Of a DNA stretch of 64,000 bases, positions 18,057-33,665 are shown piece by piece (position 1 is the stretch's first letter; every line of letters starts with the position of its first letter). Origin of the DNA: an uncultured Geobacter sp. Lineage in GTDB: Bacteria > Desulfobacterota > Desulfuromonadia > Geobacterales > Pseudopelobacteraceae. Under the pieces are notes generated by a model. It saw nothing but the letters and a program-made list of their open reading frames with translations. It was not told the origin of the DNA and did not search any database. The stretch covers positions 579-64,578 of the forward strand of contig CAYQMO010000002.1 of assembly GCA_964418315.1 (NCBI GenBank), in the 5' to 3' direction. Position numbers and translations under genes: made by a program.

Positions 18057-19942
18057 TGTTTACGAGTGTCCTTCCATAACGAAGATTTCAGAGCAATTGA
18101 CAAAACTGAAATGGCCGCAGGTGTAATTCCTGGTATTCTAGATGCTTGACCAAGTGTGCCTGGTCTGATTTTTGACAGTTTTTCATAAACTTCTGTAGTC
18201 AGGCTTTTTATCGATGCGTAATCAAGTTCTTCTGGAATGCGGGTAGATTCCAGTTTTTTTGACTGTTCTATCTGCTCTAGTTGGCGATCTATGTAACCCT
18301 TGTACTTGGTCTGAATTTCGACCTGATCACGAATCGCTTCTGATGTTTCACGTGAAACATGATCGAGTTCAGCCAAATCTGCGTAAGAGACCTCCGGGCG
18401 TTTGAGAAGATGTTGTAGTGTTGTTCCCCTCTGAATATCATTAAGACCAAGTCGAGCGAGGATATCAACCTGCTCGTCATTATGATTCAAGCGAGTAGTG
18501 GAAATGCGCTCCAACTCAACTGCAATTTTAAGCCGTTTTTCAGCAAATTGAATATAATCCTGCTCAGAAACAAGACCAAGCTGGTGACCTAGCTCACGCA
18601 GACGAAGATCTGCATTGTCTTCACGCAATAACAGACGGTATTCAGCCCGGGATGTAAACATACGATACGGCTCTTTAGTACCGAGTGTCACGAGATCATC
18701 GATCATTACACCGATGTATGCTTGACTCCGCAAGAGTACAAGAGGTTCACTACCCTTTACCCTGAGAGCAGCATTGATACCGGCGATGAGCCCCTGACCG
18801 GCGGCTTCTTCGTAACCGGAAGTACCGTTTATCTGACCGGCGTGAAATAGGTTTTTTACAATTTTTGTTTCAAGCGAACGGTGGAGTTGAATCGGATCGA
18901 CATAATCATACTCAATTGCGTATGCCGGACGCATTATTTCAACACGTTCAAGTCCTTCAATTGATCGGTAGAAAGCGACCTGAATATCAATCGGCAACGA
19001 TGTTGACATCCCGCTCGGATAGACTTCAATCGTATCAAGACCCTCAGGCTCTATAAAAGTCTGGTGACGATCCTTATCTGGAAAGCGCACTACCTTATCC
19101 TCTATTGAGGGACAGTAACGAGGACCAATGCCTTCAATAATCCCCGAATATAGCGGAGAACGATCAAGGCCGGACCGAATGATATCGTGCGAACGCTGAT
19201 TCGTGTAGGCAATATGGCACGGTAACTGCGGCATGATAATTCGCGCCGTAGAAAATGAGAAAGGGCGCGGCGGGTCATCGCCAAACTGGGATTCCAGTTT
19301 GGAAAAATCGATCGATCTACCATCAAGACGCGCCGGAGTCCCTGTTTTTAAGCGACCAACCTGAAAACCATAATCACGCAACTGATCTGATAGACCGATA
19401 GAGGCCTGATCACCAGCGCGGCCACCAGGATAATTATTCAATCCGACATGAATAAGACCGCGCATGAATGTTCCAGTGGTGACAACTACCGTTTTTGAGA
19501 GATAGCTGATCCCGGATCTCAACTTGACACCATGAACCTCCGCATCATCCAGAAGTAAAGAGGTCACCTCACCCTGCTTAAGATCAAGATTATACTGCTG
19601 CTCAAGTACCCTTTTCATGCGAAGCCGATAAAGCTGCTTATCAGCCTGGGCGCGAGAAGCCCTCACAGCAGGTCCCTTTTTGACATTGAGAGTGCGAAAC
19701 TGAATGCCGGTAGCATCAATATTCTTCGCCATCTCCCCGCCAAGAGCATCAATTTCCTTGACTAAGTGCCCTTTTGCCAGACCTCCAATTGAAGGGTTGC
19801 AGGACATGAGAGCAATTGCGTCTAAATTGATAGTCAGCAGCATTGTCCGACACCCCATACGAGCGGAGGCCAGTGCCGCTTCACAACCGGCATGGCCCGC
19901 ACCAACAACAATTACATCGTATATGCGATCTGAGGTAGTCAT
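18053..19942 (-). CDS. mnmG: tRNA uridine 5-carboxymethylaminomethyl modification enzyme MnmG (GidA)
   Basis: [23 protein letters not shown] is the FAD motif. ATG at 19942 overlaps the mnmE stop as ATGA; the ORF-track TTG start is at 19954. Confidence 0.96.
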   Translation of the reverse strand: MTTSDRIYDVIVVGAGHAGCEAALASARMGCRTMLLTINLDAIALMSCNPSIGGLAKGHLVKEIDALGGEMAKNIDATGIQFRTLNVKKGPAVRASRAQADKQLYRLRMKRVLEQQYNLDLKQGEVTSLLLDDAEVHGVKLRSGISYLSKTVVVTTGTFMRGLIHVGLNNYPGGRAGDQASIGLSDQLRDYGFQVGRLKTGTPARLDGRSIDFSKLESQFGDDPPRPFSFSTARIIMPQLPCHIAYTNQRSHDIIRSGLDRSPLYSGIIEGIGPRYCPSIEDKVVRFPDKDRHQTFIEPEGLDTIEVYPSGMSTSLPIDIQVAFYRSIEGLERVEIMRPAYAIEYDYVDPIQLHRSLETKIVKNLFHAGQINGTSGYEEAAGQGLIAGINAALRVKGSEPLVLLRSQAYIGVMIDDLVTLGTKEPYRMFTSRAEYRLLLREDNADLRLRELGHQLGLVSEQDYIQFAEKRLKIAVELERISTTRLNHNDEQVDILARLGLNDIQRGTTLQHLLKRPEVSYADLAELDHVSRETSEAIRDQVEIQTKYKGYIDRQLEQIEQSKKLESTRIPEELDYASIKSLTTEVYEKLSKIRPGTLGQASRIPGITPAAISVLSIALKSSLWKDTRKH

Positions 19943-21306
19943 TTGCCGATGCAAAACGAAGAAAAAATAAGATCAAGGACTTCATCCGTAGCGGTTTGAC
20001 CGGTAACCGAAGCAACAGAATCAAGTGCAGCACGCAGGTCTAAAGCAAGCAGCTCCAGGTTACGCTCCTGAAGACCGGCTGAAAATTGCCGTATATAGAA
20101 CTCGGCTGAAACTAAAGCATCCCTGTGCCTGGATCGGGATAACGCAATGAATTCACGGGAATCAACAGCCGAAGAGTGTAAAAACTGACTGCATACAGAA
20201 TGTTTGAGTTGATCGATTCCGAACCCTGATAACGCCGATATGGTGACCGTTGTCAAAAAACAGCTCTCATCAGGAATGGTTAGAATCTGAGGAAGGTCAG
20301 ACTTGTTAATCACAGCTATTATTTTTTGTCCAGAAACAGCATCCAGCAGCATCTGATCTTCCTGGCTAAATGTACTGGAGCCATCAAACAGCGCAATTAT
20401 AAGATCCGCCTGAGTCACTTTTTGCAGTGTTCTATTGATACCCTCCTGCTCCACCAGATCTTCGGTATGACGAATACCCGCAGTGTCTTGAAACCTGATT
20501 GACAAACCTTCAATAGTCATTGATTCCTCGATTATATCCCGGGTTGTACCGGGAATATGAGTGACAATAGCGCGATTCTCATTGAGGAGACGATTAAGCA
20601 GGCTCGATTTACCGGCATTCGGCTTACCGACAATCAGCACGGAAATGCCGTCGCGAATTATTCGCCCCTCCTCAAAGGTGGTGAGAAGGGCAGACAACAT
20701 ACTATGAGCGGTATCAGTAGCAACAGTAATAGCAGCTACATCGGTCTGGCCAAGATCATCGTCAGGAAAGTCTATATACGCTTCAACAAGGGCAAGAGCC
20801 TGGAGCAGATGCATCCTCACATCACCAATACGCCTCGAAAGCGCACCATCCTGTTGACTCTGCGCCAAATGAAGAGCAGCTTCACTCTTTGAAGAAATGA
20901 TATCCATTACCGCTTCAGCCTGTAACAAATCAATACGCCCGTTTAGAAACGCACGGCGCGTAAACTCGCCGGGATCGGCCAGTCGCACCCCACAAGCGAG
21001 GACTAAAGCCAAAACACGTTCAACAACCAGCCAGCCACCATGACAGTGTAACTCCAAAACATCTTCGCGAGTGTAAGAGCGGGGAGAGCGCATAAATACC
21101 GCCATTGCCTCGTCTACCTTTTCACCGGTCGCCACATCGCAGATAGTACCAAAATAAAAACGGTGGCTCACAAGGCCACCGTCTGATACAGAGTTGAAAA
21201 CAGTATTTCTAACCAGGGACGCCTGATCTCCACTTACCCGAATTATGCCGATACCGCCATTTCCGGGGGGGGTGCTGACAGCCGCTATAGTGTCACGAAT
21301 ATACAT
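19939..21306 (-). CDS. mnmE: tRNA modification GTPase MnmE (TrmE)
   Basis: [26 protein letters not shown], the G1 motif [12 protein letters not shown], and the C-terminal CIGK motif. The ATG at 21306 is preferred over the TTG at 21333. Confidence 0.95.
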   Translation of the reverse strand: MYIRDTIAAVSTPPGNGGIGIIRVSGDQASLVRNTVFNSVSDGGLVSHRFYFGTICDVATGEKVDEAMAVFMRSPRSYTREDVLELHCHGGWLVVERVLALVLACGVRLADPGEFTRRAFLNGRIDLLQAEAVMDIISSKSEAALHLAQSQQDGALSRRIGDVRMHLLQALALVEAYIDFPDDDLGQTDVAAITVATDTAHSMLSALLTTFEEGRIIRDGISVLIVGKPNAGKSSLLNRLLNENRAIVTHIPGTTRDIIEESMTIEGLSIRFQDTAGIRHTEDLVEQEGINRTLQKVTQADLIIALFDGSSTFSQEDQMLLDAVSGQKIIAVINKSDLPQILTIPDESCFLTTVTISALSGFGIDQLKHSVCSQFLHSSAVDSREFIALSRSRHRDALVSAEFYIRQFSAGLQERNLELLALDLRAALDSVASVTGQTATDEVLDLIFSSFCIGK

Positions 21307-21329
21307 ACACAAAATACTCCCGGCTGAAA

Positions 21330-22940
21330 TCAATCTTTTACCAGCTTGTTAATGTACATCTGCTGGCCAATAGTGAGTATGTTATTAACCAACCAGTAGA
21401 GTACCAGACCGGAAGGAAAACTAAGAAACATAAAGGTAAAAACGACCGGCAACGCCAACATTATCTTCTGCTGCATCGGTTCTAATTGTGTAGGAGTCAT
21501 TTTCTGCTGGATAAACATCGTGACGCCCATAATAACCGGCGTAACATAATAGGGATCTTTATCTGCAAGGTCGGTAACCCACAAAAAGAAAGGAGCATGG
21601 CGAAGCTCTATAGAAAACATCAACGCCTTGTAAAGAGCAAAAAATACCGGTATCTGAACAATCATCGGCAGGCACCCCCCCATCGGGTTTACCTTATGCT
21701 CACGATACAGTTCCATAACAGACTTATTCATGGCATCTCTGTCATCTTTATATTTTTCGCGCAGCTTTACCATTTCAGGCTGTATTTTTTGCATACCTTT
21801 CATGGACTTGTAGCTCTTGTGAGTAAGCGGGAAAAAGAATATTTTAAGAATAATTGTTATGATTATGATAGAAACACCGTAGTTACCAGCATACCCGTAA
21901 AAATATTTCAGCGAGTAAAGCAGCGGCTTTGCTAGTACAGTAAACCAGCCCAAATCAAGTGACTGCTCAAGTGAATTACCCTGTGCCTTGAGTATATCGA
22001 TATCTTTTGGACCTACAAACAAGCGGCTTGTAGTAGTAACTGACTGCCCTGGATTGATGGTAAACGGCTGAGATGAAGCGATAGATTCAAAAAAACCGGC
22101 GCTGTTTTTTTTCAGCTCAACAGAAGCAATACTATTGTTCTCTGCGAGAATTGCATTCAGAAAATACTTGTCTGCGAAACCAGACCACTGAATACTCTTC
22201 TCGTAGCGCTTGGAGGCAGGAGAAACATCACTAATTTTATTTGCTTGCAAGGTGTTATCAGAAAAGAGGTATGCTCCGGCGGTGTCATAGCGGTTGTCTA
22301 TAACTTTCGGCTCGGCCGGATAGGTCAAAACATGTTGAATTGCTCCTGCCACGGGAGCAGCAGAATTGTTAAAAACCTGAGTTTCAAGTTTGATTCCGTA
22401 CTCGCCGGACGAAAAAGTATATATTTTTCGAACCGTATACCCCTGACCGGAAATATAATTAAACGTAAGCTGACGCGCACCACCCTTTTCAATTGTCATA
22501 CTGTTGGCATCAGCCATGAAATCGGTATTATCGGGGAGATTAAAACCGGAAGCTCGCGTTGAAAAAGAAAAAATATTCGGGTCTGAATCTTCTCCCAGAG
22601 TTACATTTTTCGATTCCGGTGAGTTATCCTCATGGTATTTTTTAAGCGTCAGGCTCTTGAGGCTTGCTCCACGAGAAGAAAATCGCGCTGTGTAAAGATC
22701 GGTTTCCACTGTGATGATTTTTTGCGTGACATTTGTGGGGAGAGATTGGCTACTATTTACCACAGGAGTCTGAAATACTGGCGGCTGCAGACCCGCTGCA
22801 ACAGGACCGTTAGCCACTGAGGAAGCACTCAGTGGGGCAACAGGGGGAGCAACTACCTGCTTATTAGGTCCAAACAGCATGGAAAACAGATAAAAAACTG
22901 CAATTGAAAGACCTACTGCTATAAAAGCGCGCTTTTCCAT
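21330..22940 (-). CDS. yidC: Membrane protein insertase YidC
   Basis: 536 aa with an N-terminal TM segment, a large periplasmic domain, and a conserved C-terminal core ([16 protein letters not shown]...[14 protein letters not shown]). Confidence 0.95.
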   Translation of the reverse strand: MEKRAFIAVGLSIAVFYLFSMLFGPNKQVVAPPVAPLSASSVANGPVAAGLQPPVFQTPVVNSSQSLPTNVTQKIITVETDLYTARFSSRGASLKSLTLKKYHEDNSPESKNVTLGEDSDPNIFSFSTRASGFNLPDNTDFMADANSMTIEKGGARQLTFNYISGQGYTVRKIYTFSSGEYGIKLETQVFNNSAAPVAGAIQHVLTYPAEPKVIDNRYDTAGAYLFSDNTLQANKISDVSPASKRYEKSIQWSGFADKYFLNAILAENNSIASVELKKNSAGFFESIASSQPFTINPGQSVTTTSRLFVGPKDIDILKAQGNSLEQSLDLGWFTVLAKPLLYSLKYFYGYAGNYGVSIIIITIILKIFFFPLTHKSYKSMKGMQKIQPEMVKLREKYKDDRDAMNKSVMELYREHKVNPMGGCLPMIVQIPVFFALYKALMFSIELRHAPFFLWVTDLADKDPYYVTPVIMGVTMFIQQKMTPTQLEPMQQKIMLALPVVFTFMFLSFPSGLVLYWLVNNILTIGQQMYINKLVKD

Positions 22941-22973
22941 CGAAACTCCCAGTGAGCTACTTATCTTAATCTG

Positions 22974-23186
22974 TTAAGGTACCGGGTCGTAACCGCCCGG
23001 ATGAAACGGATGACACTTACATATTCTGCTAACAGAAAGATTCAGCCCCCTGACAACACCATACCGAATTAAAGACTCGCGGGAATACTCGGAACAGGAG
23101 GGATAAAAACGGCAGGTTTGAGGGAGAAGTGGTGAAACCGCCTTCTGATAAAACCTGATTACGAGGAGCAAACCGCTTTTGAACAT
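22974..23186 (-). CDS. yidD: Membrane protein insertion efficiency factor YidD
   Basis: [31 protein letters not shown]...[13 protein letters not shown]. Confidence 0.93.
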   Translation of the reverse strand: MFKSGLLLVIRFYQKAVSPLLPQTCRFYPSCSEYSRESLIRYGVVRGLNLSVSRICKCHPFHPGGYDPVP

Positions 23187-23539
23187 GGGGACAAGCCTAT
23201 TCTACTAAGAGCCTTCTGGAGTTCCAGCACAATATCAGGAAACGTCATAAGCGCCGATTCTCGACGGGCGATAATATTAAGATCAACTGCCGGCATCTCC
23301 AGGCGATTATGCCTGAAAAATTCACGCAGACGTCGTTTAATCCTGTTACGAACAACTGCACAGCCAATTTTTTTACTTGCAGTGATACCCAGTCGAGCTG
23401 TTTGCAAATTATTTTCACGCCACACGACAAGAAAACCACGAACTGCTGATTTGTGTTGTGCGGAAGCGAGTTGAAGAAATTCAGCTCGCCTTCGCAAACG
23501 TACACTTTTGGGAAATTTAGCAGTCAAAACGACAGTCAC
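23159..23539 (-). CDS. rnpA: RNase P protein component
   Basis: [10 protein letters not shown]...[27 protein letters not shown] (the RNR motif), a GTG start, and a position between rpmH and yidD. Confidence 0.92.
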   Translation of the reverse strand: MTVVLTAKFPKSVRLRRRAEFLQLASAQHKSAVRGFLVVWRENNLQTARLGITASKKIGCAVVRNRIKRRLREFFRHNRLEMPAVDLNIIARRESALMTFPDIVLELQKALSRIGLSPCSKAVCSS

Positions 23540-23551
23540 GTCAGAAAAAAA

Positions 23552-23701
23552 TTACTTTACAGAAACTCTTACTGCCAGATTTTTACGCCCTTTTGCTCTT
23601 CTGCGCTTAATTACCAGACGACCGTTTTTTGTGGCCATCCTTACAAGGAAACCGTGGGTGCGCTTGCGGGAGATATTACTTGGCTGATAAGTTCTTTTCA
23701 T
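23552..23701 (-). CDS. rpmH: 50S ribosomal protein L34 (too short for the ORF track)
   Basis: Hand translation gives [49 protein letters not shown] (49 aa), with ATG at 23701 and TAA at 23554-23552. Confidence 0.95.
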   Translation of the reverse strand: MKRTYQPSNISRKRTHGFLVRMATKNGRLVIKRRRAKGRKNLAVRVSVK

Positions 23702-24057
23702 ATTTATTTACCTCTACATAATTATTTTTCAGCAAACGGCTTATTAAGCATACCTCCCCATGTATGTCAAGTTATATAATATCCAAACATAGCACTCTGC
23801 CAATTGATTTGCCTTGAAAAAGAGGGTTGGCTCTGCTATCCTCCTGCTCCTTCAATAAGCCTGACACTATCAAAAATATACTTTAACTTCCTGTTTTTGT
23901 TTATTTAAATAGTTATCAACAGATGTTGACAATATTGTTGAAAACTTTCATGGCAAACAGCACCATGCTACAATAATTATGCTTTCTCTTTTAATAGTTA
24001 CATATCAGCATTCAATGTTGATAACCAATATACAATACAGAATTGTGGTTTTTACCG
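23702..24057. other. rpmH-dnaA intergenic region with DnaA-box-like motifs and AT-rich tracts (candidate oriC / dnaA promoter region)
   Basis: TTATCAACA (23913-23921) and TGTTGATAA (24017-24025) each differ by one base from TTATCCACA/TGTGGATAA. Weaker copies are TGTTGACAA (23925-23933) and TGTTGAAAA (23937-23945). The AT-rich stretch CTGTTTTTGTTTATTTAAATAG lies at 23891-23912. Confidence 0.55.
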
Positions 24058-25407
24058 ATGTTAGATGCGTGGCAACAGGCAACAGAAAATATAGAAAAAG
24101 TCCTGTCGGAAGCTGATTTCAGCAACTGGATAAGACCGGTTTGTTACAGCCACAATGATGGTTCTGCCGTTTTTTTGACTGTTCCCAACTCTTTTACAAA
24201 AGAGTGGCTGGAGGATCATTATCTCAAAGTTTTAACCGGAGCCCTTACGGCAACTTCAGGATGTGCTGTTTCTCTTAATTTTGTCATCCGGAGTGATGAG
24301 GAACACCAACCATACATCTCAGAAGATTTTGTTATAAAAAACGACCTCAACCCTGCAACTGCAAATAGTAGCCACCTTGAACAGGTATTCACACCACTTA
24401 ATCACAAGTACACTTTTGATCTTTTTGTGAGCGGCACCGGCAATCAGTTTGCTCACGCTGCGGCAATGGCCGTTGCAAATAATCCCGCTGATACCTACAA
24501 TCCTCTTTTCATTTATGGCGGTGTCGGACTTGGGAAAAGTCATCTACTTAACTCTATTGGCCACACTATTCGCGAAAATTCACCAGAACTGAATGTATGC
24601 TACTGTTCAGCCGAAAAGTTCATGCATGAAATGGTGAATCATATCCGCAATAAAAAAATGGATATTTTTAGAAATCGTTTCAGGAACGTAGATGTACTAC
24701 TGGTAGATGATATCCAGTTCATCTCCGGTAAAATAGGAACACAAGAAGAATTTTTTCATACATTTAATGCATTGCATGACGCTCACAAGCAGATAGTTAT
24801 TACATCCGATAAATTTCCTCGGGAAATTTCAGATCTGGAAGAGCGATTAAGATCACGCTTTGAATGGGGTCTTATTGCTGATATTCAGCCGCCTGATGTC
24901 GAAACTAAAATTGCTATACTGAAAAAAAAGTCGGAAGTAACAAGGGTCTTTTTCCCAGAAGACGTTTATTATTTTCTTGCTTCAAGTGATACCAGAAACA
25001 TCCGTGAACTCGAAGGAATGCTCATACGGCTCGCTGCATTCAGCAGTCTGCAGAGTATTCCGGTTACACTTGAAATGGCTAAAGATAATCTTAAGGATAT
25101 TCTGGGGGATAGGCACAAAGAAATAACCGTGGAGTTGATTCAAAAAACGGTTGCCGACTATTTTGATCTGAAGTTGATTGATCTGAAGTCTGAAAAACGG
25201 ATAAAAAATATCGTACATGCGAGGCAGATAGCAATATGGTTTTGCAGAGAAATGACTAAATCATCCTATCCTGATATTGGACAAAAGTTCGGTGGCAAAG
25301 ATCACTCAACTGTTATTCACTCATATAAAAAAATTGATAAATCGATCACTGATGAACCAAAAGTATCTAAAACTATTGATGAAATACGACGTATTCTTCT
25401 TAAGTAA
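24058..25407 (+). CDS. dnaA: Chromosomal replication initiator protein DnaA
   Basis: Walker A GGVGLGKSHLL, the sensor and box motifs, and the C-terminal DNA-binding helix ARQIAIWFCREMTKSSYPDIGQKFGGKDHSTVIHSYKKI. The ATG at 24058 is preferred over the TTG at 24043. Confidence 0.97.
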   Translation: MLDAWQQATENIEKVLSEADFSNWIRPVCYSHNDGSAVFLTVPNSFTKEWLEDHYLKVLTGALTATSGCAVSLNFVIRSDEEHQPYISEDFVIKNDLNPATANSSHLEQVFTPLNHKYTFDLFVSGTGNQFAHAAAMAVANNPADTYNPLFIYGGVGLGKSHLLNSIGHTIRENSPELNVCYCSAEKFMHEMVNHIRNKKMDIFRNRFRNVDVLLVDDIQFISGKIGTQEEFFHTFNALHDAHKQIVITSDKFPREISDLEERLRSRFEWGLIADIQPPDVETKIAILKKKSEVTRVFFPEDVYYFLASSDTRNIRELEGMLIRLAAFSSLQSIPVTLEMAKDNLKDILGDRHKEITVELIQKTVADYFDLKLIDLKSEKRIKNIVHARQIAIWFCREMTKSSYPDIGQKFGGKDHSTVIHSYKKIDKSITDEPKVSKTIDEIRRILLK

Positions 25408-25631
25408 GGAAAACCTGTTTATTCAGTGTGAATAACTGTTGATAATTTTTTACCATGTGTAAAAGTCGTTCGTTATTTAAATGATATACACAGGCGTACA
25501 GTAATATTTTTCATTTTAATTTAATATAGTTACAAGGTTTTACCATGTTTCCACAGAACCAACAATATACTACAAGGTTTTAAATCTTTTATATAAAAAC
25601 AATATCTGGGGAATAACAGGGGGAATACATC
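25408..25631. other. dnaA-dnaN spacer with a DnaA-box pair, a very AT-rich stretch, and a 12-bp direct repeat (second candidate oriC module)
   Basis: TGTGAATAA (25427-25435) and TGTTGATAA (25438-25446) lie 2 nt apart. TACAAGGTTTTA occurs at 25531-25542 and 25571-25582, exactly 40 bp apart. Confidence 0.5.
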
Positions 25632-26753
25632 ATGGAATTCAAAATTGATAAAGAACAATTCCTTAAGTCGCTGCAAAAGATACAAGGCATAGTTGAAAAA
25701 AGAACTTCAATGCCTATCTTATCGAATGTTCTTCTTGAAGCGACTGAAACGTCTCTTATTGTCACTGCAACAGACCTGGAAGTGGGAATGAAAAGCAGTT
25801 ATTCCGCTGAAATCATATCACCTGGAAAAATCACTGTTTCTGCAAAAAAATTATTCGAAATTGTAAAGGAACTTCCCAATCAAACTATTATGTTTTCTAA
25901 AAAAGATAACGATTGGGTTGAAATAAAGTGCGGAAAGGTTCAGTTCAACATAGTGGGTCTTTCATCTGATGAGTTTCCCTATTTTCCCGATGTAAAAGAA
26001 GAAAATCTTTTTGAAATTGAAACTTCGCTTTTGCGCGGAATGATTGAGAGAACCTCGTATGCCATCTGCGCAGATGAGCAAAAATATAACCTCAACGGAA
26101 TTTTTATAAAAGTGGAGGTTCGCGAGGATGGTAGTAATGGACTGAAAATGGTTGCAACTGATGGTCATCGCCTTTCAATAGCATCAGGAAATCTCAATGG
26201 TACTGCCGGACCGGAACTTTTAAGAGGAGTTATTCTCCCCAAAAAAGGTGTTTTTGAAATGAAGAAGATAACAGATGAAGAGGGGGGTACGCTGCTCTTT
26301 GGTTTTATGGACAACAGCGCAGTTATAAAAAATGGGGACTCATACATGGTTATGCGTCTTGTTGATGGTGACTTCCCAGATTATAATCGTGTAATCCCGA
26401 CATCAAATACGCAGATTGTGACGGTCAATAAAGAAGATTTCAGCCATTCAGTAAGACGTATGGCGATACTTTCAAGTGAAAAATTCAAGGGCATCATGCT
26501 GGAAATTACCTCGGGAAGCGTCAGAATTTCTTCCAGTAATCCGGAGTTAGGCGACGCTACGGAGGAGTTGGACGTCATCTATAACGGAGATCCGATTTCA
26601 GTACGATTTAATGCTCGCTACCTCCTGGATGTCCTTGCTATAGCTGAAACAGAGCGTGTCGAAATGAAATTCAAGGACGAATTATCACCTTCGATTATTA
26701 TTCCTGAAAATACTGAAAGCTTTCTCGCAGTAATAATGCCGATGAGGCTATAA
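25632..26753 (+). CDS. dnaN: DNA polymerase III beta sliding clamp
   Basis: 373 aa. MEFKIDKEQFLKSLQKIQGIVEKRTSMPILSNVLLEA and the C-terminal IIMPMRL are typical. Confidence 0.96.
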   Translation: MEFKIDKEQFLKSLQKIQGIVEKRTSMPILSNVLLEATETSLIVTATDLEVGMKSSYSAEIISPGKITVSAKKLFEIVKELPNQTIMFSKKDNDWVEIKCGKVQFNIVGLSSDEFPYFPDVKEENLFEIETSLLRGMIERTSYAICADEQKYNLNGIFIKVEVREDGSNGLKMVATDGHRLSIASGNLNGTAGPELLRGVILPKKGVFEMKKITDEEGGTLLFGFMDNSAVIKNGDSYMVMRLVDGDFPDYNRVIPTSNTQIVTVNKEDFSHSVRRMAILSSEKFKGIMLEITSGSVRISSSNPELGDATEELDVIYNGDPISVRFNARYLLDVLAIAETERVEMKFKDELSPSIIIPENTESFLAVIMPMRL

Positions 26754-26761
26754 AACTACCG

Positions 26762-30269
<3,508 letters not shown>

Positions 30270-30322
30270 ATTACAATAACTTTCTCAATCGGTCAGGTGA
30301 GAACAGCAGATACGAGGTACCA

Positions 30323-32893
30323 ATGCAGATCCCAACAGAAATTCCAAACAACAAGATATCGGTTAATATTGAAGATGAGATGAAACGCTCGTACATGGAT
30401 TACGCCATGTCGGTCATCATCGGTCGCGCGCTGCCTGACGTGCGCGACGGTCTGAAACCGGTGCACCGCCGTTGCCTGTACGCCATGTACGATATGAGCA
30501 ACGACTACAACAAACCGTACAAGAAATCGGCTCGTGTGGTTGGTGATGTTATCGGTAAGTACCACCCGCACGGCGATACCGCTGCGTACGACACCATCGT
30601 GCGTATGGCTCAGGACTTTTCACTCCGCTACATGCTTGTGGATGGCCAGGGTAACTTTGGTTCGGTTGACGGCGACAGGCCGGCTGCGATGCGTTACACC
30701 GAGATCCGCCTGCGTCAGCTTTCCCATGAACTGCTGGCCGATCTGGACAAAGAGACCGTCAACATGGTGCCAAACTACAACGAGGAGATGTTGGAGCCTA
30801 CGGTGCTACCGTCCAAGTTCCCGAACCTGCTGATTAACGGCTCTACCGGAATTGCAGTCGGCATGGCCACCAACATACCGCCCCACAACATCAGCGAAAT
30901 AATCGGCGGTATCATTGCGGTGATACAGAATCCGGAAATCGGTTTTGAGGAGCTCCTAGAAATGATTCCGGGGCCGGATTTTCCGACAGGCGCCACCATC
31001 TACGGTCGCCAGGGGATAAGGGATGCCTACAGTACCGGGCGAGGTATCATCCAGATTCGTGCCAAGGCTCATGTTGAAGCATCAAAGCGTTCAGAGCGCC
31101 AGGCGATTATCGTCACCGAGATTCCGTATCAGGTCAATAAAGCAAAACTGATCGAAAAAATTGCCGAACTGGTTAAGGAGAAGAAGGTCGAAGGGATTAC
31201 CGAGATCCGCGACGAATCTGACCGTCAGGGAATGCGCATCGTTATCGAGGTCAAACGGGACGAAAATGCCGAAGTGCTGCTTAACCAGCTCTTCAAGCAG
31301 TCACAACTGCAAGTCTCCTTTGGCATCATAATGCTTGCAATCGTCCATAACCGTCCCCGTGTGCTGACGCTACGCGAGATGATGGACTGTTTCGTCGAGC
31401 ATCGCTGCGAAGTAGTTACCCGCCGTACTAACTTCGAGCTGAAGAAGGCGCTGGCTCGGGCTCATATCCTCGAAGGACTCAAGATTGCACTTGACTGGCT
31501 CGATGCAGTAATTGAGTTGATCCGTGAGTCAAAAACACCGCCTGAAGCAAAAATCGGCCTGATGGAGGGGAAGTTTGCAGATCCTGAATTCCTGGCGCGC
31601 CTCAATCTGCCACGCCCGGTCGGTTTTGAAGATGCCGTGCAGCTCTCCGATATTCAGGCTCAGGCTATTCTGGAGATGCGTCTGCAGCGTCTGACCGGAC
31701 TTGAACGCGACAAGATCATCGCCGAATACGATGAAATTATGAAACTGATCGCCCGTCTGCGCGAAATTCTGTCGTCAGATACCGAAATTCTCAAGATTAT
31801 CGTCGCTGAATTGACTGAAATTCGCGAACGTTTCGGCGATAAGCGCCGCTCCGAGATCGCCGACAAGAGCGCCGATATATCGCGTGAGGACACCATTGAA
31901 GATGAAGAGATGGTTGTTACGATTTCGCATACCGGTTACATAAAGCGGAGTGCCGTAGACCTCTACCGCTCGCAACGCCGTGGCGGCAAAGGGAAGACCG
32001 GCATGAAGACCAAAGAGGAGGATTTCGTCGAGCAGCTCTTCATCGCCTCTACCAAAGATTACCTGCTCTGTTTCACCGATGCTGGTCGGATGTATTGGCT
32101 GAAAGTCTACGAAATTCCTGAAGGGAGTCGTACTACCAAAGGGAAAGCGGTTGTTAATCTGGTCAACGTCTCAAACGGAGAAAAGATCACCACGATTCTG
32201 CCGGTCAAGGAGTTCAGCGAGAATACCTTCCTCTTTATGGCAACCCAGAGTGGCGTCGTTAAGAAGACCTCACTCGTCGATTACTCTAATGTTCGCCTCG
32301 GCGGCATCATCGCCGTTAATCTTGATGATGGCGACAAGTTGATTTCAGTTGCTCTGACTGACGGCACCAAGGATATTTTCCTCGCTTCAAGAAACGGTAA
32401 GGCTATTCGCTTCAACGAAGAGGATGTTCGTCCGACCGGACGTGCCACCCGCGGGGTGCGAGGTATGAATCTGGCCGAGGATGATCGGGTGATCGGCATG
32501 GAGATCGTTGACAACACCGCCGTCGGTTCGACGATCTTCACCGTCTGCGAAAACGGCTTCGGCAAGCGCACCGACCTGGACGAATATCGTGATCAGTCGC
32601 GCGGCGGTAAAGGTATCATCACCATCAAAACAACAGAGCGTAACGGCTCCGTAGTCAACGTCATGCAGGTGGCAGATGATCACGATCTGATGGTGATCAC
32701 CGACCAGGGCAAAATCCTGCGTGTGCCGGTTTCCGGCTTCTCCGTCATCGGTCGCAACACTCAGGGTGTCACCCTGATGAATACCGAAGAAAATGAGAAG
32801 GTGGTTGCTGTTGCCCGCCTGGCTGAGAAGGATGAGGACGAATCGGATGATAGCCTGGAAGAAGGGGCTGAGGAGACAGAAGCGCAGATTTAG
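30323..32893 (+). CDS. gyrA: DNA gyrase subunit A
   Basis: [38 protein letters not shown], the active-site region RYTEIRL, C-terminal beta-pinwheel repeats, and an acidic tail. Confidence 0.97.
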   Translation: MQIPTEIPNNKISVNIEDEMKRSYMDYAMSVIIGRALPDVRDGLKPVHRRCLYAMYDMSNDYNKPYKKSARVVGDVIGKYHPHGDTAAYDTIVRMAQDFSLRYMLVDGQGNFGSVDGDRPAAMRYTEIRLRQLSHELLADLDKETVNMVPNYNEEMLEPTVLPSKFPNLLINGSTGIAVGMATNIPPHNISEIIGGIIAVIQNPEIGFEELLEMIPGPDFPTGATIYGRQGIRDAYSTGRGIIQIRAKAHVEASKRSERQAIIVTEIPYQVNKAKLIEKIAELVKEKKVEGITEIRDESDRQGMRIVIEVKRDENAEVLLNQLFKQSQLQVSFGIIMLAIVHNRPRVLTLREMMDCFVEHRCEVVTRRTNFELKKALARAHILEGLKIALDWLDAVIELIRESKTPPEAKIGLMEGKFADPEFLARLNLPRPVGFEDAVQLSDIQAQAILEMRLQRLTGLERDKIIAEYDEIMKLIARLREILSSDTEILKIIVAELTEIRERFGDKRRSEIADKSADISREDTIEDEEMVVTISHTGYIKRSAVDLYRSQRRGGKGKTGMKTKEEDFVEQLFIASTKDYLLCFTDAGRMYWLKVYEIPEGSRTTKGKAVVNLVNVSNGEKITTILPVKEFSENTFLFMATQSGVVKKTSLVDYSNVRLGGIIAVNLDDGDKLISVALTDGTKDIFLASRNGKAIRFNEEDVRPTGRATRGVRGMNLAEDDRVIGMEIVDNTAVGSTIFTVCENGFGKRTDLDEYRDQSRGGKGIITIKTTERNGSVVNVMQVADDHDLMVITDQGKILRVPVSGFSVIGRNTQGVTLMNTEENEKVVAVARLAEKDEDESDDSLEEGAEETEAQI

Positions 32894-32933
32894 TGCAATT
32901 CTTACTTCCACAAGGAGAAAAAATTAAAGGACA

Positions 32934-32970
32934 AAAAAGGGATACTCGCAGTTAAGCGAGTATCCCTTTG
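32934..32970. terminator. Bidirectional rho-independent terminator between the convergent gyrA and the FlaG-like ORF
   Basis: AAAAAGGGATACTCGC-agtta-GCGAGTATCCCTTT has a perfect GC-containing stem flanked by A and T tracts. Confidence 0.8.
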
Positions 32971-32992
32971 AATTTAGTTATCAGCAGCGAAA

Positions 32993-33307
32993 TTACGCTT
33001 TAGTGCTTGTTGCCGTTTGGACTTTACTCATAAGTTCCTGAGCTCTAAGTACCGAATCAGAAGGCGTTTGGTAGATTACCTTGTTGCTGCTATCCATATA
33101 TTTTGTAATAATATTACCTTTGGCATCATATGAGTCCGAAATATGATCCATTCGCCGGACAGGACTCTTTTCAGGGACGCCAAGCGGAGCTTCAGCAGTT
33201 TCCGGCATATCCTCTGTTGAAGTCGCTTTATCCTTTAACTGGACTGGTGATTTAAAAACGGATTGCTTGAACTCAGGCGCTACATCTGCTATCGAATTCA
33301 CCACCAT
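32993..33307 (-). CDS. Small hypothetical protein, weakly FlaG-like
   Basis: ATG at 33307 is preceded by GGGGGAG. The C-terminal DAKGNIITKYMDSSNKVIYQTPSDSVLRAQEL resembles the FlaG core (...VVKVID..TGEVIRQIP.EE.L...). Resemblance is judged by eye only. Confidence 0.4.
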   Translation of the reverse strand: MVVNSIADVAPEFKQSVFKSPVQLKDKATSTEDMPETAEAPLGVPEKSPVRRMDHISDSYDAKGNIITKYMDSSNKVIYQTPSDSVLRAQELMSKVQTATSTKA

Positions 33308-33665
33308 GACAAACTCCCCCAATATTCGTGTTGTTTAACCGCTATGCGGATTAGTGACATTCCTGATATTTCTTATGTATTACAACATCTAAGGTTCTTC
33401 CAAAAACTCCCTGTGGACTCCCTATCGGCATTAGAGAATCGAACTTTAGGATTTTTTACCACTCCACAGGCTTCCTGACACTCTTCGCAATACTTCCTGT
33501 ACGTACTAGGTCATCCTGAACATGCCTTATCTCCCGCTACTATGCTTGTTTGTCAACAAAATTGGAGACAGCAATGCAAATAATATGTTATTGAACAAAA
33601 CTGTCTATGTAAAACCAACTGGTAGTCGCCCTGATAAGCTGAAAAATATTTTATGGAGAATCATA

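Noticed and set aside
33522-33665. N-terminal 48-codon extension of the Wzz-like ORF, and similar upstream extensions of amt (61194..61343), GH57 (49606..49677), GalT-like (51888..51965) and the regulator (9173..9247)
   Set aside because: The extensions lack family-typical sequence, overlap neighbouring genes or promoter elements, and internal starts with good Shine-Dalgarno sequences fit the conserved N-termini.
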